In this document: positions 38,500 to 51,440 of the stretch, one piece after another
How the letters are laid out: every line of letters begins with the position of its first letter
Position numbering within the stretch: position 1 is the stretch's first letter
NCBI RefSeq assembly: GCF_018350175.1
Contig: NC_058368.1
Span: 59,646,001-59,710,000 of the forward strand
Origin: Felis catus
Lineage: Eukaryota
DNA length: 64,000 nucleotides
Direction of reading: 5' to 3'
The notes under the pieces: model-generated
The model's database searches: none
What the model saw: the letters and a program-made list of their open reading frames with translations, nothing else
What the model was told of the DNA's origin: nothing
Made by a program: the position numbers and the translations under genes

Positions 38500-40219
38500 A
38501 AGTAAATTTATAAAATTAAATACTAGAAATAAAAAAAAAATAGTGCCCAAGTTATGGTTGCATTATGACCAAATATTTTCAGTATTAAAGAGTTACTGCT
38601 ATAAACCTTTTCCTTCTGCAAGTGTTATGACATTGGGCCTTGGAAGAAGGAATTATATTACTAATATTCTACTTTCTATAGTAAAATATGTTTAAGAAAT
38701 AGCACATCATGTTTATTTTTGTAAATTGGCCTCAATCATGTAAAACAGGGAAGAGTACTTTGAAAATACTATAAAAATCATAATAAAAAGTTACAAAATC
38801 CTAAACCATACAGTGTTTCACATATAGAGAATATTGTCTTTTTATAGCTGTAAGTTTGATTAACCACATAGTACACATTGTTGAGAATTCCAAAAATAAT
38901 CATTCTTTTTTAAATTTAGAGGGGAAGAAACACATGCACAGATCTGTAAGGGAAAGCCTAAAATTCATTATTTACCACCAGTTCGTTAGAAAGAAATCTA
39001 TATCCCAATTCCTATGAAATTTTCTTTTCTATATTGCATTTCCAAAATACATTTATAGTAGGCTTAACTTTATTGTATGTAAAGGTAAAGGTTCCCTATT
39101 ACTTTATTTTATGTCTCCGGTTTTAAAATTGATGCCATCAATACATAGGGAATAAAACCCCAAACAAATCTTCTTATGTATTAGCAATCTTTTCTAGATA
39201 AATAAGTTTCGGCAGCATCAAAAGTCAGCAATGAGTTTATGAGAAGAATCAGCAATGGATGAAAACTAGTAATGAGACTGAGGACATATCCTTTTTCCTG
39301 ACTGTGCCAATGTGTAGGATTGAATTCAAAGCACATATTTGTGAGTGACCACTTGTGCCACATGCTGTAATCGTTAAAAAGATGCTCAGACCCTTTCTTC
39401 AAAATCAGATCATTCATTACATAGTGGAGACAGACATGGAAAACATTTGTACAGTCCATTATGGTGGATGTAAGCATTCTCCAGACTTTAGCCAGGACCC
39501 CTGACAATTGAGATATAGATATGATTTAAATTAACCCTATTCACGTTCTGTGTAAGGTTTCTCCAAATACCTGAATGCTTCCTTAGTTTCTCATGGTGAT
39601 CACTACCTTATGCTTGCTCCCTTGTCCGAGTGTATATCCTCCAAAGCTACAACTTGTCTTTTTTTTTTTTTTTCTGATTTGGCATAGAGTAAAATTTGGA
39701 TCTCAGCCCCTTTATATAGTTCATATAGACAAGTCTCCCCCAAATTAACATGCAACAAAGACAAAATCAACTACCAGTCCCTGCATGTGCCACACATTCT
39801 TAAGTTTATTTTTGGGGTGGGACAGGGGATTTAGACAACTATAAGCCAAATTGTTTAAATTTGAGTTTCAGACATCCCAGTTCTCAAAAGAACTGCAGCC
39901 AGTTTGCCAAGAGGCTCTGCCAATCCACTGCTCTGTTTTGTTTTGTTTTGTTTTGTTTCCACAATCCAAGGCCACTTCTAAATCCCTTCTCCTTTTTAAT
40001 GCAAAAGGAATTATATATCTCTTTATTGACTATTTCCTTGGAGTATTGCTTCATATCCATGATACTTTTTATTTCAAATGATTTATAAAAGTGTTTTTCT
40101 GAGTAGCAATTATTCCCTCCTTGTAAGAATTTCTCTTAAAAGCATTATTGGAACTTTCTCATACAGTTGCAAGTTAATATAAATAAATACATGAACATAC
40201 ACATTAACAATAACACAAT

Positions 40220-40400
40220 AATATTAACCTACATTGCACTGTTAAAAATTTGCTAGGCAATTGTACAAGCACATAATATGAATTATGTATGATCCATGAT
40301 GTAACTATTCCTATGATACTTCCATTTAATACATGATTTTCTTAATGCATTGAAATTAGAGAAGCTTATAAAATCTACTCCAGCTCAGCAAAGTTATATG
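40220..40400 (-). mobile_element. MIR remnant
   Basis: tgctaggcaattgtacaagcac..ttccatttaatacatga..gaaattagagaagctta. Confidence 0.45.
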
Positions 40401-40469
40401 GAATTTGGGGGCATAGTGTCCTTATAAATGTGGCACATCTGCCTTTAATTTTAAACACAATGGGATTGG

Positions 40470-41990
40470 GCAAAGAATGCAGAACGGAGGTGGGAATTTG
40501 TGAAGACGGAAAAAGTAATTTTTACAAAGATACTAAAACATGAAATAGCATGGCTAGTATGGAGAGGGATAAAGACCTAAAAATTGCTACAGTATTACTT
40601 GCAGTGGTAAATGAGGACCAGGTGGTGAGGGGTAGAGATTAGAGAAGCAGCCAGAGGTACATCATATACTTAGAAGGTATATCAAGGGTATTGAAATCTA
40701 TCTTGTAAACTCTTCAAAGACTGAGCAACAGATTTATGCCACATACAAAAAACTTACAGAATATTTTCATGAAACACATCTACTACTTAAGTGTGGGAAG
40801 AACTTGCAGCAAAGCAGGATGGCATTCAAAAATACCATCCAAGAAGGTGACATCAAACAAGCATATGTGAGACTATTATAGTTTAAGTGAGTGATGGTAA
40901 AGGCCAGAATATAGATAATGATGATGTGGGAAACTGATAGATTTAAGAGATTTAATTTGCTCTTTGCCTGCTAACAATTGATTATCTGATGCTTAAAGCA
41001 ATATCCTCACTGCCGTAAGGAAAACAAAACAAAACAACAACAAAAAATGAAAACAAAAGCAAAACAAAACCAATCCCCAGAACTATTGCTCAGGGGCTGC
41101 TGACAAGGAAAAACATAGGAAAGTGAATAGTAGAGTACAGTAACCAACTTGGAAGCTGTTACTTTAGTGCATGAAAGAAATGTGAACGCAGCGCCAGCTG
41201 AGGAAGCAGTGGGAACAGTACAGTGTCTGAATATATTTAATAGGTAGAGCCAGAAGGAAGGTAGATTGCATGCGGGTGTCAGAAAACAAGACTTGAGGCT
41301 GCCAAGCTTTTGAGACCAAGGAACTGAGTGATATACGTTGATGGGAAAAACAGGCCGGGGGAGCAGCAGTCTTTATGAGCTTGGGTTGGAAACAAGGGCA
41401 GTTTTGGACATGATAAGTTTGAGACACATTTGATAATTAAGAGAAGATGCCATGAATACAGCTTGAGGTGGGAGGCTGGAGTTCAATGAAGGAGTTGCTG
41501 GATTGATAAATCTTTGTTATATAATTTAATTAAAACCATATGCCTCTAATTTAATATAAAATAAAGCCGTATGACTATAAGATTATTTAAGGGATCAGAA
41601 TAGAGAGGGGAAAAGAGATTAGAAAAGTTGAGTTACATATTTGAGATTGGGAAATTGAAGTTAAGTAGCAAAGGTGACCAAGAAATAGTGGCCTGTATGA
41701 TGTCTCAGAAGCCAAGTAAAGAAAATGCTTCAACATGGAAGTGGAAATATTTTTATACAGAATCAATGCAAATCTTGCAATGGAAATATCTGATAATTTG
41801 GAAAAATATTTTATGATTTTGTCGTAGTGTTATGGTGAGAATACCTAATTGGAATGCATTCAATAGGTCAGGGACATGAAGAAATGGAGGCAGTTAAGTG
41901 TAGAAATCATTCTAAGAGTTTGTTGTGAAGGTGAGCAAAGAAATGAAGTAATAGCTGGAGATAAAGGTGGGGTCAGGGAGAGTTTCTGCC
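40470..41990 (-). mobile_element. L2 fragments
   Basis: Purine-rich antisense L2: ggtagagccagaagga..cagttttggacatgataagtttgaga..cagaagccaagtaaagaaaatgcttcaa..tagctggag. Confidence 0.72.
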
Positions 41991-44059
41991 TGTGCACGTT
42001 TGCATACATGCACACTATAGGTAATTATTCAAATGTAATACATAAGTATATATTCAAATATTACATGTAAAATATACCCAAGTATGTATTTTCTACATAA
42101 CTAAAGTCCTTCTGATCATTCACTAGCAATATACAAAAGCCGATGTATATATTTAACATCAGTTATGCTGTTACAGTGCTATTGCAATGCATAAATATTT
42201 ACATTATTTTCTAACTTAAAGGAATTCCACATTCCAAAATAGGTCCAGGATTTACAAAGGCATTTACACCTTTTTCCATATTGGATATTGCAAGTAGTAA
42301 TAATTTGGATTTTGAAATATAGAGTATACATTAAGTAAAAATTTCCTGTTTTATTTCTATGAGCTTCTATGAAACTCTGTAGGAAACATTACTCCCACTT
42401 CGCAACTAGTACAATGAAAATGTTAGTGTTTCATTTAAAGTGTGAAAATGTTAAGACACTTGTTTGTAGTTTGTAGGGAATATTAAATTATTGACAAATT
42501 GAGAGCATGAATTTCATAGCCACAACATTTTTGTGCAAAGTTCTAAGTTGTGGCGCTTAGTTTTAGTCATCCTTAATTGTTGCTTCTTAGATAAGAATTT
42601 AAATCAGACATACATAATCAGCGTATCATTTTTTATTGATTCAAATTTTCAATAAAATCTGAGTCCATATACCATGTAGTTTCTTGAACAGTTTTAAAAC
42701 TATTTGAATAGTGTTATTTTTTCATAGGAGTTTTTGGTAATGTGTTATAAACAAACTTTTATGTTTCAAATAATATAAAAATGTATTTAATAAAATTGAA
42801 ATGGCATTAGAAATCTATATCCATATTCATATAGAAATACTTTCAGAATTTGTGTGGTTGACAGTTGGAACACTAATGTACTGAATTGTCATGTAATTGT
42901 TGTTTTTCTAAAGCAGTGATCCATATCTAGTGTCTTATTCCTCCCCAGGGAAGTACAGCTGCTATTCCGCGTGTCATAAACTTGCGTAGGATCAAAGTAA
43001 AATTAGAAATCATATAAATAGTGACTACAAATTAGACATATTAATAGAGGAGACTTTCAAATTTAATTTGGGCATAAAACAAATTGCACACGATATTATC
43101 CATGGCACTAGCTCAACACGCAGACTCCATTAGTGATGCTATGCACATTTTAAGAGATTAACATATCTATATTGTTTTAAGGAATAGTGAATTTGACAAA
43201 TTATTGACAAATGTGTAGACTGACTCTTTTGTATAACAATTTCCTTAGTCTGGTAGATGTTTTTTAGCTACAATCTGACTCTTACATTAATAATTTTTTT
43301 AAGTTCAAAGAACCAGTAAATATTGATGAAAGGTGGGACTACAGCAGGGCAGAGATTTGGAAAAAATGTTTCAGAAACTGATATGATATGAACAGATTGT
43401 CCAGCCTGGGCCCAAACAGAGAGCACATCTGAATGTCATAGTTTCTCATGGTGAATTTTGATTAATTAATCTTAATTTGGGGTTTAGAGTCTTTGAATAC
43501 TTAATGCCGGACCTGATTCAGGAGTGTTGAAACCCAATATGCTATCATTGACTAGAGTGTCATTTGATAGGTATATTGTAGCTTGTCATTCATTTTCAAT
43601 TTGTACTCACATATATGCAACAGAGATATGTGATCTGCTAACATTTACTCCAAAATAGAGAATTGAGAAAAAATGCATTACAATTCAGAAGCGAATTAGT
43701 ACTTGGCTGTTGAAAGAGTTAATGAAAAACAATTTTAAATGATACAAATTAAACACACTACTGGATTGTTTATTTTTATTGATTATTAATTAATCCTTGT
43801 TTTTTTTCTACCAAGCCTAATTTATAAAATTACTTACACATTACTGAATAATTACTTCCCAAGGTTAATGTGCTATTCCAAGTGTGTTATATTTTCTCAC
43901 TTCGACTGTGTAATAGGTATCATTACTACCCTCAATTTATGCATGAAAAAAGTGCAAAACATATGTTATATAAATTGTTATATGGCACACAAATAAGAAG
44001 TGGTGAGGCTGAAGTTCAAATTCAAGCAGTCGATTACTAGAATGATGTGAATGGGGTTG

Positions 44060-44060
<1 letters not shown>

Positions 44061-44099
<39 letters not shown>
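44061..44099. repeat. (CA)n microsatellite
   Basis: Read directly. Confidence 0.97.
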
Positions 44100-44102
<3 letters not shown>

Positions 44103-45270
44103 CATAACAACATAGCATATAGCAACAATTTGGGTTATTTTTTTCCCTTTTCCCAACATGTCAGAGCTTAGTTTAGTACTAATTAATTTCTTCCACAGAA
44201 ATAGCTTTCAATACTGGTCACCATTTAAAATATTCTGAACCACCAAACATATGCATGCTCTCTTGTATTTTCATGATTTATTCAGATAAAGTATGTATAA
44301 ATATACACAATAGGGTTTCAGCTAGTATTTTATACCTACAGAAGAATGGAACTATACAAATTTTTTCTGTCTAGAGAATTTTAAATAAACTTTGTAAAAC
44401 CAATGCCTGAATGGTATTATGTTTTCATATAAAAGAATTTCAATATTTTATATAGAGCTATAGAAATTTCATTTTAGAGTTTTATCAGTTTCATTCAGTG
44501 AATTGCTTGTATTTTTGCATACATCATCAAAATAAAAATTTTTTTAAGGCCAAGTTTCTAAGACTTAACTATATTATGACCTTGGAAAAATTATAATACT
44601 TTGAATGGTATGAATTGCAATTATAAACTAAATGTGTAATTGGATTTAAATAAATAACAAGAATTTGGCAGATAAATTTACTTATTATAAGAATTGGTAA
44701 ATATATTTACAATATGTACATTTTTAATTTTGTGCTAGAGAAGAACATTACAACAAAATTGTTTTAACTTACAACAGTTACCAAATCATCACAGTAAAGC
44801 TGAGCACTTTAGTATTTTTATTATAAAATATGATATACACAGGCCACCATTTTTCATAAAAACAGTTTTTGTTCTTTATCACTGATCTACTTAATATTAT
44901 GAAGGATGAGAAGATGCAGGATCATCATATCAGTTGCAGCATCAGTTATTTTCCAAAGCTCGGCTTTCATCCCAGCATGAAACGAAAAGCCAATTTTGAA
45001 CATGCACCTTGAAGCCAGTTTTTCTTCTGTATGAATTGTGTACTTTTAATTTTTGTGTTGCAAGAAACTTAATCCTGAGCAGTTATCTCTCATATTGTTT
45101 TTGAATAAAAGGTGCATATTTTAATGTACAAGTTAACACATTTTTATGTATGAATAAAGAATTAATAGTTTTCTTGAATTCATACATATTTCATCTGCCA
45201 ATCCATGGGGAACAATTACAAAATAAATGTTTTGACATGAAGGGCAAATTACAGTCTTTTATTAGAATGG

Positions 45271-45322
<52 letters not shown>

Positions 45323-45440
45323 ATACATATATAATTACATATATATAATTACATATATGTATAAAACAGGTATATATAATTACATATATATAACTTATAA
45401 ATATATAAATAAAAATATAAACATGCATTTATATACATAT
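45271..45440. repeat. (TA)n(TG)n followed by AT-rich low-complexity tatataattaca repeats
   Basis: Read directly. Confidence 0.9.
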
Positions 45441-47194
45441 CTATCTCCCTAATTTAAAAGTAAGGGTGGAATTATGAACTCCTAATTTGGGGGAATTGGG
45501 GGAATAACCAGAAAATAATGTAATACATAGGTAGGGTTGTGGTATATATTATATTTATTTGTGCATTATATTGAGATAATCCAAAGCAATTGCCTTATTA
45601 GGGAAGACTGGAAGTCACATCCACAGCATTCCTGGTTGCCGTAGCAATAGTGATCTGTCCTATGTTATTGACATTATAATGAACACAAAATTGACATAAA
45701 TCATAATTAAAATGGAGATTAATTAGTTATCTTGACCTTGGGGGACAGTTTGCGAATGCTCTTGAAAAGGTTTTTGATGAAGAGCAAGAATGAGGTCATG
45801 GTGTAAGTAATGCAGGTACTTTTTACAGGTTTAATCTGTGATTGCTTGCTCAACAGAGATTGAGATTCTATTGTAGCACATGGATTTCTTTCTATTTCTA
45901 GCTCTGTTAAAAGACATTGTACATAATAAAGTACATCGTTACTTAACCTGTCCTTCTGTCACTCATTTCTCCCAGAAGGATGGAAAGACCAGTGGTCTAG
46001 AAAATAATTGATTTTGAACCTATGAATATTGTCCTAGGATTGGACTAGTTATAACAGCCATCATTGTGAATTGTACATTTTATTCTAAAAGTATGGTTTG
46101 GGTCTGACCACACGAGATATTTATCACTTCATTAATTTGATTCATGTTTAATGATGAAAATTAAAATTTTTGTTACATGTATGGCTTATAAAAAAGACTT
46201 TTAACAGCTCATGAGTATCAGTAGTGCAAAACAAGGATTTAAAAACAATAACAAAAAAATGACTGAAATAATCAAGTAATGTATCAACCAGTGAATGTAT
46301 GTGATAAGAATGTGTATTAGTTGAAAGGAGCAATGCATATAAATAGTATTAGCATTGTAATTACAGAGTTTAATTGTTTTAATGCCAAATATATTCCAAT
46401 AACATATTATTGTTTACGTCACTACAAATTTTAATAGCCTGAAGGAGCCATTGTATTTTGCTCTTGATTTTGTGGATCAATATTTTTTAAAAGGTGCAAC
46501 TAGGGCATTCATCTACACATATACTCAGCTGGAGACTGGTCTGGAATGGGGGAGTCAGGATGGCTCATACCTATGCTGTAATGGCTAGGACACCTGGAAA
46601 CTGGACAGAATTAGTGTCTCTCCATAGTACTTTGTGTGTCTACCTGGAGCTTTCTGACAGATTAGATCTCTTCAGATATTTGTACTTCTTACATGGCAGT
46701 TTAAAAGTTTCCAAGAATTCAACAACATTAGGAGGTGTGGTTAACTGGAGACCATTGGAATGTAGCTATCTCGGTTTTCTTTCTGGCTTCTAATAATTTG
46801 CATCCCTCCCAGATGCTGGATATACTTACCCCCTACAGAAGTCCCTGAAAGTCTCATGCCATTATGAAATCAGCTCAAGTGTTGCTGAGCTCAGGGTCTT
46901 ATTAGTGTGCAAATGACTTTCTTTGGATATATTTTCTAAAAGAGAGTTTCTGTTATGCTACAGTCCTGTGAACTAAAAAAGACAGGTTATTTTTAACCCA
47001 AAGATCCAATATATAAGCTTTAGATAGAGATGAGATAACACAAGAGACAGTCTCAATCAAAAAGTGGGGATGATGGGTAGTGAATGGAGGTACATAGAAG
47101 TCAAGTGATACTTGGCTATTGGATCTGTTTTTTGTTTTCTTGTATCTTTTCACTAAAGTATCCTTACATTTTCATTTAAAATGACCATATTTTC

Positions 47195-47340
47195 TGCGGT
47201 GCTGGGTGGCTCAGTCAGTTAAGCAGCCAACTCTTGATTTCAGCTCAGGTCATGATCTCATGGTTCATGAGTTCAAGGCACATCAGGCTCTGTGCTCACA
47301 GCACAGAGACTGCTTTGGATCCTCTGTCTCCCTCTCTCTG

Positions 47341-47374
<34 letters not shown>

Positions 47375-47398
47375 AAAAATAAATAAATGTTTAAACAG
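47195..47398 (+). mobile_element. Can-SINE
   Basis: TSD tgaccatattttc. Confidence 0.95.
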
Positions 47399-47661
47399 TG
47401 ACCATATTTTCAAATGAGTAGCTTTCAACTTACCTCTTGGTTGCAGACATTTGAATGTCTAAAGGCCTCTTTTCATTTTGTATTTTCAGTTGAACAAGTA
47501 TAATTACTTTACAAATAGTTTGTGCTTCCTGTGTACCTAATTATAATCCATTTTATTATTATTTTTTTGACATGTTTAAAGACCACCTCATCTTTACCTT
47601 GGGCTGAGAGTCAGGGTTCTGTTTTACAATACCCTTAAGAATATTAAGAACCTATTAGATA

Positions 47662-47698
47662 AGGATTAAGGAGTGCACTTGTTGTAATTAAAAAAAAA
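47662..47698 (+). mobile_element. Tiny L1 3' fragment with A tail
   Basis: ggattaaggagtgcacttgttgt resembles the carnivore L1 3' UTR; outer TSD cctattagata. Confidence 0.6.
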
Positions 47699-47703
47699 GT
47701 CTT

Positions 47704-47862
47704 GGGGTGCCTGGGTGGCTCAGTCGGTTAAGTCCCAGACTTTGGCTCAGGTCATGATCTCGTGATTCGTGAGTTCAAGCCCTGTGACAGCTCAGAGCCT
47801 GGAGCCTGCTTCAGATTCTGTGTCTCCCTGTCTCTTTGCCCCTCCTCTGCTCACACTGGGTG

Positions 47863-47917
<55 letters not shown>

Positions 47918-47936
47918 AATAAATACATGTTAAAAA
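47704..47936 (+). mobile_element. Can-SINE with long (CT)n
   Basis: Canonical head; short internal deletion; inner TSD aaaa..gtctt. Confidence 0.95.
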
Positions 47937-48109
47937 CCGTCTTAAAAGCCTATTAGATATGCCCATGTATTTTACAGGCACTCACCTGACATCTTAGCTC
48001 TCAGGTCATGTTTTGTCAGCATCTTGGACTTACTCTTTATCTTGATACCATTCCTTAGTTTGAAAATCTTTTACTACAAGGAATTGGGGATCATAACATG
48101 TCATATCTT

Positions 48110-48328
48110 GGGGGACACCTGGGTGGCTCAGTCGGTTAAGCATCCAAATTCCGCTCAGGTCATGATCTCATGGTTCATGAGTTCAACCCTGTATCGGGCT
48201 CTGTGCTGTCAGCTCAGAGCCTGGAGCCTACTTTGGATTCTGTATCTCCTTCTCTCTCTCCCCGCCTCCCCACTCACACTCTGTTTCTCTCTCTCAAAAA
48301 TAAATAAATGCTAAAAAAACAAAAAAGA
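48110..48328 (+). mobile_element. Can-SINE (SINEC_Fc type)
   Basis: Canonical body; TSD aac(a/c)tgt(c/t)atat(c/t)tt. Confidence 0.95.
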
Positions 48329-49479
48329 ACCTGTTATATTTTCAAAACCCGAAAGTCATGCTTTCATAAATCCTCTAGTATTTTTCTTAGGAACTAAACC
48401 AGTACCTACTCATTGTTTTCCTTCTCATATTTTATTATTGTCAGAAGTCAGTTGTCATTTTCTTATCCTGCACGAAATCTCCTGTCATGTACAGGAGTTC
48501 ACGAGATTTTCTTTCCATTTCCCATGTTACTATAGCAAACAGTGTTGCCAAATTTCCACTACTACATAAAAAATATTCCTGTTTTTTCCACACTGCAAAG
48601 GCATTCACCTTCACTCTTCTTCAAGCTCTCAGCGGCCTTACTGAGGCTTCCACTTTTCATGAACAGTCTTCCAGGCACTGTTGGTTTCTGCCTACCACCA
48701 TTACAAATAATGCTGCATAGTTTACATGTTTTTACAATACCATTCTGCTATTGAATTATCGAAATCTGAGCCACTTACCTATTGTGGCATAGCAAAGTAA
48801 TGCCACATATAATGGTTTTAAAAAGTAATTACTTTTGACACTTGATTTTGTATGTTAGGAGCTTGGGAAAAACTCAGGTAGGCAATTATTTTGATTCATA
48901 GGTTAGCAACGCAGTCACTTGGCAATATTCATTCAATGGCTGTACTGATATAGAGGGTCTGAGGTAGCTTAAATTCTATGTCTGGTACCTGAGTTGGAAT
49001 GGCTGGAAAAGCCAGGACTTGGCTAGAATTGGTATATCTCATTGTAGCCTTTTTAGGTAGTAAGCTTGGGCTTCCAAGGAGGAGGGGTATGTGGGGTATA
49101 GTCAGAAGGATCACAAGTACTGCAGATGGTATAGCAAAACAGCACAGAGGGAGAAACATGGAAATACCTGGTTTCACCCTCCTTCTCATTTTTATTTTCT
49201 TCTGATGTATGTCTTTGGTCCAACACAAAATGAAGCCAAACAGTAAGCATGCCCATTAAAACAGCCTACATGGGTCTGAAGAGTAAAGAGTCGATGTAAA
49301 GGGTTAAACAGAGGAAACCAGAAAAGCCCACCGTTTTGCTGCTCAGCAACTATTCATTCCCTTTCTTCAGTTGAAGGAAACCTTACCACAGAGAGAAAAT
49401 TATCACTAGGCTCCATAACATTGGGCTGATGTTGATTCAATTGGCACCTCTAATTCACAGTTTGTGGTGCTGGCAAAAA

Positions 49480-50790
49480 GTGTTGTGAGGAGGCACATGT
49501 TTATTCGGATTATGTAAATATCTCTTTGAGGACAGATTACAGCCTCTTGCATTAAAAAAAAATAATAACTCCCACGTAGGCAGGGGCTTCACATTGGTTT
49601 CTGCTGTGGACAGGCTGGATTCAAAGCAGAGGCAGCAAGCTTTTCCTTGATCAGCACAAACCCATATTGTTTCCGAATTTTTGCTTCCATTACCATAATT
49701 TTTGAGACTGGGTGTATAGAATGTTTTCCCAAAAAATAACAGCCCAGTGAGCAAAGCTAGGGTTCCCTTAAATTGACTGAGCCCCACAAAAAATGGTTAT
49801 TCAAGTTGTTCGAGTCAATCTGAAAGCTTACAAATGAGGTTATTACTAGCTGGGGTGAGTGATTCTGATAAACAAGATAAATATGCAGTTGCTTACTGTG
49901 CTGCAGCGGCAGATAAGACTATGTTGATTGCATTTTGTTGAGTTCATCCAAGCTTTCCAGTTGTGCCACTGTGGCCATGTTGAACTAGTGCCTATTGAAC
50001 AACATGGGTAACTAAATAAAGATGACACTCACAGGACGGTATATCTTATCGACCTGATTACTTGACACATTTGGGCAGAGAATGTCCTCAAATGGGAATC
50101 TCTATGGGAAAAAAAGTCATATTTTGTGTGTATTCCGAGATGTATATCCAAATGACTCTTCTTCAGATTGCCTGGTCATTGATATTTTAATCTTGACTTC
50201 TTAAGATCCTAACTAGCCAGTCAACCCATTAACACTGTCCATGAATCATTGCCCAAGACCTCTGGCCCTGCCCAGCTTTCCTTCCTAACAAAGTGCAAAC
50301 CATGTATTTTGCTTAAAGTTCTGACATTTTATTTTCAACATTATTTTTCATAATCGACCCAGCATAGGACTATTTTTCAGCAGGCATTCACTTCTAGATA
50401 ATGCCATTTCCAGATACGGACTTCGCTGCAAACCAAGCCCGCATTTTTCCCTTCTTCCGTTAATAGTCATAGTGGACACCCCATGAGGTCATACCAGTGT
50501 TGTAAGGGAGATGTGGCAGAGAAGCAGGAGTAGGTATTATGGGAGTCTGAGCCACCTGCTCATGTAATTTATTTGCATCTTTTCAAACCTTTTTGGGTCC
50601 AATTTGTATATACCATTTCTATTTAAAGGTGGATTGCTGCTGTGCACGCATCGGATAACACGCAGTTTATGATTAGTAGCTAAGTTAAAAGAGACTAGTT
50701 GTTCCATGGTCAGGGATTCATGATTCCTAAAATAGTTACTTATGCATCTTGAGAGATTTCTAGTCAATAGTATGAAGCCTAAATAATCAC
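49480..50790 (-). mobile_element. Decayed ERV-L pol: connection, RNase H and integrase N-terminus
   Basis: Minus-strand remnants HESLTMEQ, AQQQSTFK*KWYI, KLHEQVAQTPIIPTPASLP, MTSWGVHYD..EGKMRAWF, DSWTV, NQVDKI and QHGHSG occur in the order of ERV-L pol. Confidence 0.8.
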
Positions 50791-50874
50791 TAAAGACACC
50801 AGAAATTACATGTGTATATTGTTTTCACATCCAAACTGTCTCCTGTAATCATATGGCTTCTGATTGTATTTCTT

Positions 50875-51100
50875 TTATTTTTTATTTATTTATTTTTTTA
50901 CATTTATTACTTTTCAGAGACAGAGACAAAGCATGATCAGGGGAGGGGCAGAGAGAGAGAGAGAGACACAGAATCCGAAGCAGGCTCCAGGCTCTGAGCT
51001 GTCAGCACAGAGTCTGACGCGGGGCTTGAACCCACGAACCGTGAGATCATGCCCTGAGCTGAAGTCAGACGCTCAGGTGACTAAGCCACCCAGGCGCCCC
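50875..51100 (-). mobile_element. Can-SINE (SINEC_Fc type)
   Basis: Antisense body; TSD ttgtatttctt. Confidence 0.96.
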
Positions 51101-51395
51101 CCGGTTGTATTTCTTAAACTCTCATTTTTGTTCCTGTGTAGAATTTACTACCAGGATCCTGGAAGTTTTAAAAACAAAACAAAACAAAAGAAAACCAGGA
51201 GACAAAAGCATTATCATCCAGATTTTATAAAGGTTTTGTGTGATGGGACACCTTCAGCTTCAAGTCAACCTCTTAAGGTCTCCTGTCATATTTTTTCAGC
51301 CTTACTTAGTGATGGAACATCGAGGTCAGGGGTGAAAAAGGAAAACAAAAAAATTTGCATGGTTGACAGAATTTGACTTACTATAAAGACAGATG

Positions 51396-51439
<44 letters not shown>
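51396..51439. repeat. (GATA)11 tetranucleotide microsatellite
   Basis: Read directly. Confidence 0.97.

Positions 51440-51440
<1 letters not shown>

Larger units (their letters stand above)
46400..49200 (-). mobile_element. MaLR provirus, LTR-int-LTR (MLT1H-like), carrying three SINEs
   Basis: Two similar antisense MLT1 LTRs (~46400-46790 and ~48768-49200, both with cttgattttgt) flank MLT1-int-like sequence (tgtgaactaaaaaagacaggttat..; atgttactatagcaaacagtgttgccaaat). Confidence 0.65.

Noticed and set aside
38500..47194. 8.7-kb interval free of Can-SINEs
   Set aside because: With 24 SINEs in 64 kb, about one gap this long is expected by chance.
50864..51376. Longest ORF in the track (170 aa)
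   Set aside because: Mostly an antisense Can-SINE read-through plus low-complexity flank; TTG start; no domain recognised.
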